64,000 bases of DNA from Anaerolineaceae bacterium (GTDB lineage Bacteria; Chloroflexota; Anaerolineae; Anaerolineales; Anaerolineaceae): contig DQHW01000029.1 of the NCBI GenBank assembly GCA_003524305.1, positions 4,913 to 68,912 of the forward strand, given 5' to 3'. A program made the translations under genes and the position numbers. The notes beneath the pieces were generated by a model. That model saw only the letters and a program-made list of their open reading frames with translations, searched no databases and had not been told where the DNA came from. Below, piece after piece: positions 1-8,646 of this stretch (positions are counted from its first letter, which is position 1; the number at the start of each line of letters is the position of its first letter).

Positions 1-568
1 GAGCGTCATTCGTGCCGTGGCTGAGTGCAAGACCAATGGAGGTGATAATTTGAAGTTTTTTGAAAACGCCATTGATTTTTGGAGAAGATTTCCATGAAAA
101 CAGGAATACGAGATTTGCGATGATTATGCCTGCGATAAAACCGACGATAGGTGAAGCGAATAGTGCAATTAATACCTTGACCACACCACTCCAGATAATC
201 ACACGGAATCCTGCTGCCATAACAACCGCACCGATCAAACCCCCAATTAAAGCATGCGAAGAACTGCTCGGAATTCCAAGAATCCATGTAAGTACATTCC
301 AAAAAATAGCTGCCGCGCAGGCTGCAATAAGAACACTCATATTGATGGATTCTGCCGCAACGATATCATGACCAATCGTTTTTGCAACTGCTACCCCAAA
401 AATAAATGGACCTACAAAGTTAGCTGCAGCTGTCATATATAGGGCAATCCTTGGATGAATTGCCCGTGATGAGATCATGGTTGCAACCACATTACTCGAA
501 TCGTGGACTCCATTTAAGAAATCAAAAGCTAGCGCAAAAATAATCAATACAATTAACAGCGGTTCCAT
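1..568 (-). CDS. pit: PiT-family inorganic phosphate transporter, N-terminal part (gene continues past the left edge)
   Basis: Hand translation of the minus strand from ATG at 568 gives MEPLLIVLIIFALAFDFLNGVHDSSNVVATMISSRAIHP...GLALSHGTNDA. This carries the GxHDSSN and GTNDA motifs of the PHO4/PiT family and is hydrophobic throughout. It is absent from the ORF track because no stop codon lies inside the window. Confidence 0.85.
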   Translation of the reverse strand, partial: MEPLLIVLIIFALAFDFLNGVHDSSNVVATMISSRAIHPRIALYMTAAANFVGPFIFGVAVAKTIGHDIVAAESINMSVLIAACAAAIFWNVLTWILGIPSSSSHALIGGLIGAVVMAAGFRVIIWSGVVKVLIALFASPIVGFIAGIIIANLVFLFSWKSSPKINGVFKKLQIITSIGLALSHGTNDA

Positions 569-578
569 TGACTATCCT

Positions 579-1199
579 TTAAGTGGTCTTAACCACAATA
601 TCCGCGAGAACGTTGGCTGCTTCGTCGCCCCGGTCTGCCGCATTGCTTAAGTGACGATAGACTTCGCGTAGTTTTAACATTTTTACCAATTGTTTTGCAT
701 CATCAGTTTCGGTAAACATATCTGCCAGTGCTTCGCGATAAACATCTTCAATTTTATTTTCATAGGCTTTGCAGCGTTGGGCATGCTCAAGGGTAACAGC
801 GGGATGATCTTGAAGGCGGTCTACTGCATTTAAGATTTCAAAAGTTGCATCTTTCAAGAGTGAACATATGCGCACCATAAACGGAGTTGGTTCCACTTTA
901 AGGATGACAATTTCTGTAATCGTGCTATAGGCATAATCAAGAATGTCGTCAACTGCACGTGAAAGTGCAAATATGTCTTCACGATCAAATGGAGTAATAA
1001 AGGTTTTGTTGAGTTCAGAAATTAGAATTCTTCTTGCTTCATCAGCTTCTTTTTCTTTTTCTCTTAGTTGATCAGCAAGTTTGGTGTCAGGTGTTGTCAA
1101 ATATTCTTTGAGTATGTCAACGCCCTCAAGAGTCAGTTTTGCTTGCTCATGAATAAGGTGAATAAATATATTTCGTCTTTTTTTAAAAATCTTAAGCAT
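579..1199 (-). CDS. DUF47 / TIGR00153 PhoU-like phosphate-transport accessory protein (YkaA type)
   Basis: 206-aa helical protein lying 11 nt upstream of pit on the same strand. This is the classic DUF47-PiT gene pair. The N-terminus MLKIFKKRRNIFIHLIHEQAKLTLEG is typical of the family. Confidence 0.7.
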   Translation of the reverse strand: MLKIFKKRRNIFIHLIHEQAKLTLEGVDILKEYLTTPDTKLADQLREKEKEADEARRILISELNKTFITPFDREDIFALSRAVDDILDYAYSTITEIVILKVEPTPFMVRICSLLKDATFEILNAVDRLQDHPAVTLEHAQRCKAYENKIEDVYREALADMFTETDDAKQLVKMLKLREVYRHLSNAADRGDEAANVLADIVVKTT

Positions 1200-1218
1200 T
1201 TTTTTTCTCCTTTAAATT

Positions 1219-2880
1219 TTATATTCTGGAAACACACCCTGTGACCACCAGGGTTTCCATTCCAGACCGGATTTCTTCTTTGGTTAATTTCGAATCAACT
1301 TCCAAAGTTCGATATGAGAACTCGGGAAGAAATTTCGCGATTTTTGAAAAGTCAACATCTCCGCAGCCTGGTGAAAGGTGATCAACAATGCCCTGCACGT
1401 CATGCAAATGAACCCCCACGATGCGGTCTCCAAAATGGTTGAGCCACTCATCGAAATTGGCCAGCCCTAGCTCGGCGTGGATTTGCAGGTGACCAATATC
1501 AAATTGCCATCCCACCCAGCTCTGTTTAAATGCAGATAACAAAGATTGCAGTTCTTCAAAAATAGGCATTTCGTAATAATGCAGACGATTTTCAAGACCC
1601 AACATGACGCCGCTGTCTGAGCTAAACGTCACCAACTCGGAAACACTTTTTAGCAGCGAATCAAGGTGAGGTTTACCTCTTTCAAGGCGATCATTAATCA
1701 ATCGAATGCGCAAGTCATCATAGACAATGCTGCCTTTTTCACCATTGCGGTAAAGCGTGCGAATTTGTTTATCCAGAGAATGATCACCAACCACACGCCC
1801 GGGGTGGATGACCACCAGAGAGGAACACAGGGCAATGGCCTGCTCAATAGTCCGTTTGATCACATCCACACCCTTGATCCTGAGCGATTCATCCAGTGAT
1901 GAAATCAACCAGTCTCTTTTATCAAGTTCCTTGGTGGAGATAATGGCCGGGCAGGGATCGTGAAGAGAACCCACATGAAATTGGTTCTGATTAAATTCAT
2001 CAAATGCTTCTTGTGATACATTGTGGTTGAGTTCAAATCTGGCAAAACCCATATCACGCCCTTGTTGAAAAAGGGTCGAGATGGGCACGTTTTCTTTGAT
2101 TCCCCACATGGTTGAAAGGGCGGCATCATATAGAAAGAATGACCTCTTGTCTTCTTTTTCAGTAGTGGAATTTCGGGGTGGCAGGATATTCAACAACTCT
2201 GACAAACTTGAAATCGTGTAATCAGGCTGCATGGGCACTATTTCAGATTCCTGGGTTTGATCTTTCCCGTTAATAGTGACTACTTTTCCGATGCCTGCTT
2301 CACGAGAACCGATAACATCTCTCGAAGGACGGTCGCCTACATATAAACATTCCTCGGGGCTTACCTGGCATTCACGCGCCGCGGCGAGGAAAAGAGAGGG
2401 ATGCGGTTTTCTTCTGCCAAATTTTGAAGCATAAATCACTGTTGAGAGCAATTCAAGAACGCCTGTACCTTCAAGAAAACGCGGAGAGGTGTGACTAATG
2501 GTGCCCAATTTATATCCGCGTTTGGCAAGCTCAGTCAGTGTAGTTACAGCATCCGGGTAGATCATCTTGCTGCTCTTGGAGGTGCCCCATAACAATTGCA
2601 GTTTGTCGGCGTTCGCTTTGATAAGAGTTTCTGAATAGCGCTTTCCAAGAAATCTTATCCATCTGTCTTCAATGGAATATTCAGAGAGTGTTTGTTTGCT
2701 CCAGGTTTTGTAGTTCTTTTCTTCCTTCTCAAGCGCGCCAACAAATTCATTGACATCGCACTTCTCGCCGAGAAGCGCCATCATGGCATGGATATTTGAG
2801 ATTTCTCTTTGTTTATTCTTTTTCTTCATAACGAGTGTTCCGCCGATATCAAAAAAGATGGCTTTTGTTTGGGCTTTCAT
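1219..2880 (-). CDS. Fusion protein: N-terminal HAD-IA hydrolase domain + C-terminal xylose-isomerase-like (AP_endonuc_2) TIM barrel
   Basis: 553 aa. HAD motifs: FFDIGGTL (motif I variant), RRKPHP (motif III Lys), VGDRPSRD (motif IV). The C-terminal half has VIHPG, GLENR, FDIGH, HLHD and TLEV, the spacing of metal ligands in sugar-phosphate isomerase/epimerase TIM barrels. It is roughly half identical by eye to the next ORF. Confidence 0.75.
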   Translation of the reverse strand: MKAQTKAIFFDIGGTLVMKKKNKQREISNIHAMMALLGEKCDVNEFVGALEKEEKNYKTWSKQTLSEYSIEDRWIRFLGKRYSETLIKANADKLQLLWGTSKSSKMIYPDAVTTLTELAKRGYKLGTISHTSPRFLEGTGVLELLSTVIYASKFGRRKPHPSLFLAAARECQVSPEECLYVGDRPSRDVIGSREAGIGKVVTINGKDQTQESEIVPMQPDYTISSLSELLNILPPRNSTTEKEDKRSFFLYDAALSTMWGIKENVPISTLFQQGRDMGFARFELNHNVSQEAFDEFNQNQFHVGSLHDPCPAIISTKELDKRDWLISSLDESLRIKGVDVIKRTIEQAIALCSSLVVIHPGRVVGDHSLDKQIRTLYRNGEKGSIVYDDLRIRLINDRLERGKPHLDSLLKSVSELVTFSSDSGVMLGLENRLHYYEMPIFEELQSLLSAFKQSWVGWQFDIGHLQIHAELGLANFDEWLNHFGDRIVGVHLHDVQGIVDHLSPGCGDVDFSKIAKFLPEFSYRTLEVDSKLTKEEIRSGMETLVVTGCVSRI

Positions 2881-2927
2881 ATTAATATCTTCTTTCGATT
2901 ATTTCTAATAATTAGATTGTATGTCGA

Positions 2928-4616
2928 TTAAAGTTTCTTCACAATTCCCATCGTCACCAATAATTCAGTGCCATCGATCAGTTCTTGTTGGGTAGCCTGT
3001 GGACCTACTTCAAGAGTGCGATAGGCATACTCAGGGATGTACTTCGCTACCATTTCAAAATCTATATCGCCATGACCGGGTGTCTGATGATCAGTGATGC
3101 CTTTTACATCGTGCATGTGAATGGCAACAATGCGTTTTCCATACCGTTTTAACCATTCTTCATGGTCTTCAAGCCCTAACGCGGATAAGGTTTGGGCATG
3201 CCCCATGTCATATTGAAAACCATACCAAGGCTCATCACATAAATCCAAAAGCAAACCCATTTCATCGATTAGAGGGATATCGTAATATCTGTACCTGTTT
3301 TCAAGGCCGATGCTCATTTTGACTGATTTGGCATATTCAATGATCTCATGCAGACTTCTTTTAACTGCTTCAAGATGCGGACTTACTTTACTTTTGCGGT
3401 CTGCCACCATGGCATTCGTAAGTTCTTCGTATTCCTGTGAACCAAATAATCCTTGGTCATACATGGCGCGCAAACGTTTATCCATGGATCGATCGCCATT
3501 GACCTGGCCTGGGTGTAGAATGACAGAACTGGCTCCAAGTTTTACTGCAAGGTCAATCGTACGCAGGGTAACATCCACACCTTTCTTGCGGTTTGTTTCA
3601 TCAAGAGATGAAATCAACCAATCTTTTTTCTTGAGTTCATTCATGCTGAAATATGCCGGGCAGGGATCATGGACGTTGCCTGCGCGGAAATGGTTGAAAT
3701 CGATTTCTTCAAGCATGGCCGGAGAAATGGCATGGTTCAATTCAAGCCTTGCGAATCCCAATTGCCGACCAACTGCAAATGTTTCGCCAAAAGGCATTTT
3801 TTGACCCACATTCCACATGGTTGAGAGCGCCGCATCGTAAAGAAATTCTGGCTGCAAGGCTTTTACCTCAACCTGGGGGAGGTCTTTGTGATCAGGGAAA
3901 ATATCCAACAGCTCGGGCAAACGGCTGATTAAATGGTCGGGATTCATGGGCACGTTTTCTTTTTTCTCATGCTTCAATCCGGCTGCCTGGATGATAACCA
4001 CCTTCGAAAAACCGGCTTCTCGGGCGCCAACCACATCACGTGAAGGGCGGTCACCGATGTAAGCACACTCTTCAGGGCGAACACCAAGTGCTCTGGTGGC
4101 ATCCAGAAATAATGAAGGGTGGGGTTTACGTCTGCCGTAAACTGCAGACAGGATGACCGAAGAAAAGAGGTGGTTGATCCCATTTTCTTCGAGCAAAGCA
4201 GGCACTTCAACAGATGAGGTGGTGTTGCTGATGATGCATAATTTATATCCGCGTTCGGCTAGTGTCTTTATCGTTTCTACCGCATTTGGCAGCAATTTCT
4301 TCTTGCCTTTTGAGTTGCGCCAAAGCTGATTTAGCTTTATGGCATTTTCACGAATAAATTCGAGCCTGGATTGATCAGGATACATAAACCTGACCCATAA
4401 TTCCTGTTCAGTTAATTCGACTAAAGATTTTTTAGCCCATTTACGGTAATCCTTTTCACCGCGTGTGAGCCTGGTTTTGAGAGAATCGACCGTGCCCTCG
4501 TAGCCCAGGAATGAGCGTATTTCTTCTAAAATTATTATTTCTCGGCCGTCAACTCTCTCAGTAAAACGAAGAGTACCGCCGACATCAAATAGAATGGCAT
4601 TGATTGTCTGTTTCAT
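2928..4616 (-). CDS. Fusion protein: HAD-IA hydrolase domain + xylose-isomerase-like TIM barrel (paralog of 1219-2880)
   Basis: 562 aa. Motifs: LFDVGGTL, RRKPHP, IGDRPSRD, then ILHPG, GLENR, YDMGH, HMHD, TLEV. Colinear with the preceding fusion protein. Confidence 0.75.
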   Translation of the reverse strand: MKQTINAILFDVGGTLRFTERVDGREIIILEEIRSFLGYEGTVDSLKTRLTRGEKDYRKWAKKSLVELTEQELWVRFMYPDQSRLEFIRENAIKLNQLWRNSKGKKKLLPNAVETIKTLAERGYKLCIISNTTSSVEVPALLEENGINHLFSSVILSAVYGRRKPHPSLFLDATRALGVRPEECAYIGDRPSRDVVGAREAGFSKVVIIQAAGLKHEKKENVPMNPDHLISRLPELLDIFPDHKDLPQVEVKALQPEFLYDAALSTMWNVGQKMPFGETFAVGRQLGFARLELNHAISPAMLEEIDFNHFRAGNVHDPCPAYFSMNELKKKDWLISSLDETNRKKGVDVTLRTIDLAVKLGASSVILHPGQVNGDRSMDKRLRAMYDQGLFGSQEYEELTNAMVADRKSKVSPHLEAVKRSLHEIIEYAKSVKMSIGLENRYRYYDIPLIDEMGLLLDLCDEPWYGFQYDMGHAQTLSALGLEDHEEWLKRYGKRIVAIHMHDVKGITDHQTPGHGDIDFEMVAKYIPEYAYRTLEVGPQATQQELIDGTELLVTMGIVKKL

Positions 4617-6061
4617 TATTGTTTTGCCTGTCCAAACTCCCCAGACAATAAAGTTAATAATTCTGGAAAATTTTCAATATATTTATCTGCAACCGCTGAT
4701 TTTTCGTAATTGTAGGCGATGGTTTTGAACCCAACCTTGCGGGCTCCTTCAAGTTCTGTAGATTTATGCCCAACAAATACAGTTTCTTCCGGGTTGAGTC
4801 CAGCCTGTATGAGTGCTTCTTCATATAATATGGATGCAGGCTTGCGTACGCCCAAGTCTTTGGAACTGATAATGATATCCCATATGTGACCAAACCCTTC
4901 TTTTTCAAACCATTTGAGTTTGATTGTATAGGGAAGTGCGGTGTCGGTGATGATGCCCAGCAGGTAGCCCTGATCTTTTAACGCTTTTATTGTTTCAGGT
5001 ACACCGTCAAAAATAGCGACAGTATCATCATCCAGGTCAAGCGCAGCAACACCATCCTGAATCAGTTTTTCATCGGTAAAGCCGTAAAGTTCAACTGTTT
5101 GACGATAGTAATCTTGGCGATCTACTTTACCCTGGAAGGCAAGTTCTCGAACCTTTTTTGCTTTTTGATCCAATTCAGGTTCTGGATTGAAAATTTTACC
5201 TTTAAGAAAATTCTTAAAATTGAGGTGTTTTTGAGGGCGATAATACAAAATATCTCCAGCATCGAAGAAGACTGCTTTAATTTTTCGAGTCATCTCAACT
5301 TTTGCAAATATTTTGTCTTGTTCCATTTCTTTTTCGAGCAGTGGAATCAATTGCATCATATTATCAATCTCGGCGTCTGGAGTAGCCCCTTCATCAGGGT
5401 CTCCATCATCGAAGATATGTGAGATTTTTACTGAAAGTCTGAAACCCGCACGGTATGAACCCAGGATGTCGCGGTTGATCTTATCACCTACGTAGACGCA
5501 GCTTCCTGTGGGAACTTTTGCCAACCGGGCGGCATGATAAAAAATAGATGGATCTGGTTTGCGAAGTCCAAATTGGGATGTAAGAACGATTGGATCGAAA
5601 TAATCAATAATGCCGTATTGTGTAAGGTTATCAGGAACCTGGCGTTGGCTCTGACAATTGCTGATGATGCCCATGGAAAGTCCCATGGATTTAATAGCTG
5701 CCAGAACCTCTGGCATTTCTGGCCGCATTTCTCGATAATAAAAGGTTGTTTCATATAAATATGTCAGGTCTTCAGCGATTGAAGCAAGTGAATCATCAGG
5801 GAATTGATAATCTCTCAGTACAAATCTTTTCCAAACTTCGAAAGGTTTTAATTCAATCAGTGATGCGCGATTCCATTTGTGATATGACGAAATTCCACGT
5901 GAAACCAGGTCAGTCAAAGCCTCGTCAGTAAGTTCTAAGTTGATGTTTGCCCGTAGAAAAGTATCACGAAATTGTGGAATACTTTTTACTTTGAGTTCGC
6001 GATTTGTCCAAAAACTCTGGATTGTACCGCCCATATCGAAGAAGACTGTTTTAAGTTTCAT
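4616..6061 (-). CDS. Tandem double-HAD protein (two HAD-IA domains in one polypeptide)
   Basis: 481 aa. Domain 1: FFDMGGTI, ISNCQS, LRKPDP, VGDKINRD. Domain 2, from about residue 257: FFDAGDILY, IITDT, VRKPAS, VGHKSTELEGA. The stop codon overlaps the start of the downstream gene (TAATG at 4614-4618). Confidence 0.75.
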   Translation of the reverse strand: MKLKTVFFDMGGTIQSFWTNRELKVKSIPQFRDTFLRANINLELTDEALTDLVSRGISSYHKWNRASLIELKPFEVWKRFVLRDYQFPDDSLASIAEDLTYLYETTFYYREMRPEMPEVLAAIKSMGLSMGIISNCQSQRQVPDNLTQYGIIDYFDPIVLTSQFGLRKPDPSIFYHAARLAKVPTGSCVYVGDKINRDILGSYRAGFRLSVKISHIFDDGDPDEGATPDAEIDNMMQLIPLLEKEMEQDKIFAKVEMTRKIKAVFFDAGDILYYRPQKHLNFKNFLKGKIFNPEPELDQKAKKVRELAFQGKVDRQDYYRQTVELYGFTDEKLIQDGVAALDLDDDTVAIFDGVPETIKALKDQGYLLGIITDTALPYTIKLKWFEKEGFGHIWDIIISSKDLGVRKPASILYEEALIQAGLNPEETVFVGHKSTELEGARKVGFKTIAYNYEKSAVADKYIENFPELLTLLSGEFGQAKQ

Positions 6062-6133
6062 GAGAATTACTACTCCAGTGATTATTGGCCGTGCTATTTC
6101 AGCACCAATAAATTAATTTCAGTTGTGGAATGG

Positions 6134-6166
6134 TTGGGCACGGACCGGAAAAGCATCCGTGCCCAA
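6134..6166 (-). terminator. Intercistronic stem-loop after the SBP gene (11-bp stem)
   Basis: TTGGGCACGGA ...11 nt... TCCGTGCCCAA lies between the SBP stop (6191) and the next gene start (6061). Confidence 0.45.
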
Positions 6167-6190
6167 AGATTGACTAATCGATCTTGAAAA

Positions 6191-7417
6191 TTATTTTCCG
6201 AGGTTCAACAGATAGAAGTCACGAGCCTGAATCATGTTATCGTAAGCGTATTGCTCATCGATGAACCAGGTCATGGTCATCATTTCATCTAAAGGTTTCT
6301 GACCTTCAGGAACTTCATATGTGGAATCAGTGAAATAGGTGCCGAATTTAGCCCAAGGATCGCGGCCATCTGCTCCGACAACGAATTTAACCCACAGTTT
6401 TGCAGCATTGACGTGGGGAGCCTGGTTGAGGATGCCCAAGTAACTCTGGCTTTGAACACCAAGAGCAGGTTGGACGCCCCAACAGGGTTCGAATGCCAAG
6501 ACGCCATCCATGACATCAGCCATATTGGAGTAGGAGGTCAAGGCCATATAGCTGTCGGTCATGCCTGGGGTTGCGAAGGCTGAGTCGACTTCATCACCAC
6601 CGGGTTGAGGGATGGGGCCATTCTGAGCGAAACGTTTGAGCCATAACCAACCAGCATCGGGTGTGTCTGCATCCAGCTCAGGAGCGGATCCATAGAGGTC
6701 AACATAAGCAGCTTCTACTTCATCAGCGTGAGCAGCGATGGTGAGCAATTTGCTCAAGGTTGAGGCATCATTCAAAGGATCTTCGATGAAGAATTTGCCT
6801 TTCCATTCTGGTTGGGTAAGTTCCCAGATATTGGTGATGGGGCAGGTTTCGTTTAACTCAGAGTTGTATGCGAAAATGCTGGTACCCAAGCGTGCCATTA
6901 ACAAAGGCTGGGTGTATTCATCTGAAATCAGACCTGCGACACTGTCGGGGACAAAACGCCATACATATTGTTTGGGTAAGACGTTGCCGACGAGTTCTGC
7001 ACCACCACTGCTGAACCAGACATCACCAGTGAATGCACCGGCTTTTTGTTCTTCAATGGTTTTTTGTAAGACATCATCTCCACCGAGGTCGAAGGCCTGC
7101 ACGGCGATTCCGGGGTAGGCTTCCATGAATGCTTCAGCGGCTTTTTCAACCTTGGAACTGTTGGCATAGACCAAAAGGGTTCCTTCAGCTTTGGCTGCTT
7201 CTTCAATTGCGGCCCAATCTTGGGTGTCTGTCTGGTAGGGGCCGACTTCATTGTCTTTTGCCCATTGTTCAGCAGCGCTGAGAGGAGCATCGGCGGCTGC
7301 TTCGGTGGCTGCAGGGCTATCTACAGCAGGTGCTTCTGTTGCGGCAGGTGCTTTTGCACATGCGGCCAGGAAGCAAATCAAAACAATAATTGTTACAATC
7401 TTCACGAACGGTTTCAT
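6191..7417 (-). CDS. ABC transporter substrate-binding lipoprotein, FbpA/AfuA/PotD-like class (ligand unknown)
   Basis: 408 aa. It has a signal peptide with lipobox FLAAC followed by an Ala/Thr/Glu/Pro linker. The LLVYANSS...GDVWFSSGG pattern is typical of the iron / sugar-phosphate / polyamine SBP class. It is paired with a fused 12-TM permease and an ATPase. Confidence 0.65.
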   Translation of the reverse strand: MKPFVKIVTIIVLICFLAACAKAPAATEAPAVDSPAATEAAADAPLSAAEQWAKDNEVGPYQTDTQDWAAIEEAAKAEGTLLVYANSSKVEKAAEAFMEAYPGIAVQAFDLGGDDVLQKTIEEQKAGAFTGDVWFSSGGAELVGNVLPKQYVWRFVPDSVAGLISDEYTQPLLMARLGTSIFAYNSELNETCPITNIWELTQPEWKGKFFIEDPLNDASTLSKLLTIAAHADEVEAAYVDLYGSAPELDADTPDAGWLWLKRFAQNGPIPQPGGDEVDSAFATPGMTDSYMALTSYSNMADVMDGVLAFEPCWGVQPALGVQSQSYLGILNQAPHVNAAKLWVKFVVGADGRDPWAKFGTYFTDSTYEVPEGQKPLDEMMTMTWFIDEQYAYDNMIQARDFYLLNLGK

Positions 7418-7551
7418 TATCTTCTCCTTGTAGAATAAGAATCAAACACACTTCGTTACCCGATAATCCTAAGCTGGCTTTTTTGTTTGGTTGGGTTCCT
7501 CCTTGTACTGTTCTCTGAATAATTATTAATAGAGTAAAAAAACCTGCAAAA

Positions 7552-8634
7552 TTAACCGTTGACCAGTTTTCCACTGGCTTTATCATAGAGGTTGATGTCA
7601 TCTTTATGGAACTTCAACCAGATTTTTTGGTCCATTTTGATTTTTGAAACGCCCATTTCTCTGACGGTTAATTCGGTATCACCTTTACGCGCAATGATGG
7701 TGGTTTCAGCGCCAGAGGGTAAAACTGAATAGGCCTGGAATTCAATGGCGCCATCTTCCTGGTTTGCTGTAATACTGATATCTTCAGGGCGAATGCCTAC
7801 AACGACATCACCGGTCTGATCCAGGGTTTTTACAGGGATGTTAAATTTGCCAATGTCAACTGTATCTTTGCCAGAAACCCACCCCGGCATGAGATTGACT
7901 TTAGGGTTGCCAATGAAATCAGCGACAAACAAGGTGGCAGGGAAGTGGTAAACCTTGTCTGGCGTATCCATTTGCTGGATGACCCCTTCTTTCATGATGG
8001 CGATGTTGGTAGACATGGTCATTGCTTCAACCTGGTCATGAGTCACATAGACTGTGGTCGCGCCTGATACATGGTGCAGACGCTTGAGTTCAGTGCGCAT
8101 ATCCATTCTCAAACGTGCATCCAGGTTGGAAAGCGGTTCATCCATCAGAAAGACATGCGGTCGATATGCCAACATACGGGCCAGTGCAATACGCTGCTGC
8201 TGTCCGCCGCTCATTTCACGCGGGTAGCGGTCTTCATAACCAGACATCTGAACTTCAGAGAGAGATTCTTTAATTCTCCGGTCCATCTCTACTTTGGAGA
8301 GTTTTTGGATTTCTAAAGCAAATGCCAGGTTTTTGTATACATTCATATGTGGCCATAAGGCATAATTCTGAAATACAAGACCCAGATCACGCTTACCCGG
8401 CGCCAGGGAAATACCTTTGACGTGGGAATAAACCAGTTTATCGCCGATATAGATCTCGCCCTCATCGGGGTCTTCGAGCCCTGAGATACAGCGCAGAAGG
8501 GTGGTTTTTCCGCAGCCAGAGGGGCCGAGTAAGGTCAAAAAGGTGCCAGGCTCAACAGTCACGCTGACATTGTTGACCGCAACGACGTTGCCAAATTTTT
8601 TGGTGAGGTTTTTAACTGTGATTGTGGTTTCCAT
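7552..8634 (-). CDS. ABC transporter ATP-binding protein with C-terminal TOBE-like domain
   Basis: 360 aa. Walker A GPSGCGKTT, signature MSGGQQQR, Walker B VFLMDEPLS, H-loop YVTHD. Confidence 0.9.
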   Translation of the reverse strand: METTITVKNLTKKFGNVVAVNNVSVTVEPGTFLTLLGPSGCGKTTLLRCISGLEDPDEGEIYIGDKLVYSHVKGISLAPGKRDLGLVFQNYALWPHMNVYKNLAFALEIQKLSKVEMDRRIKESLSEVQMSGYEDRYPREMSGGQQQRIALARMLAYRPHVFLMDEPLSNLDARLRMDMRTELKRLHHVSGATTVYVTHDQVEAMTMSTNIAIMKEGVIQQMDTPDKVYHFPATLFVADFIGNPKVNLMPGWVSGKDTVDIGKFNIPVKTLDQTGDVVVGIRPEDISITANQEDGAIEFQAYSVLPSGAETTIIARKGDTELTVREMGVSKIKMDQKIWLKFHKDDINLYDKASGKLVNG

Positions 8635-8646
8635 GAAGTTCTCTCC

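Noticed and set aside
7418-7551. A shared CCTCCTTG-like element lies about 75-85 nt upstream of both SBP starts (also 30340-30356). It might be a conserved regulatory or anti-SD element.
   Set aside because: The match is only about 8 nt and resembles a generic SD-complement sequence. It is too short to support without computed alignment or structure prediction.
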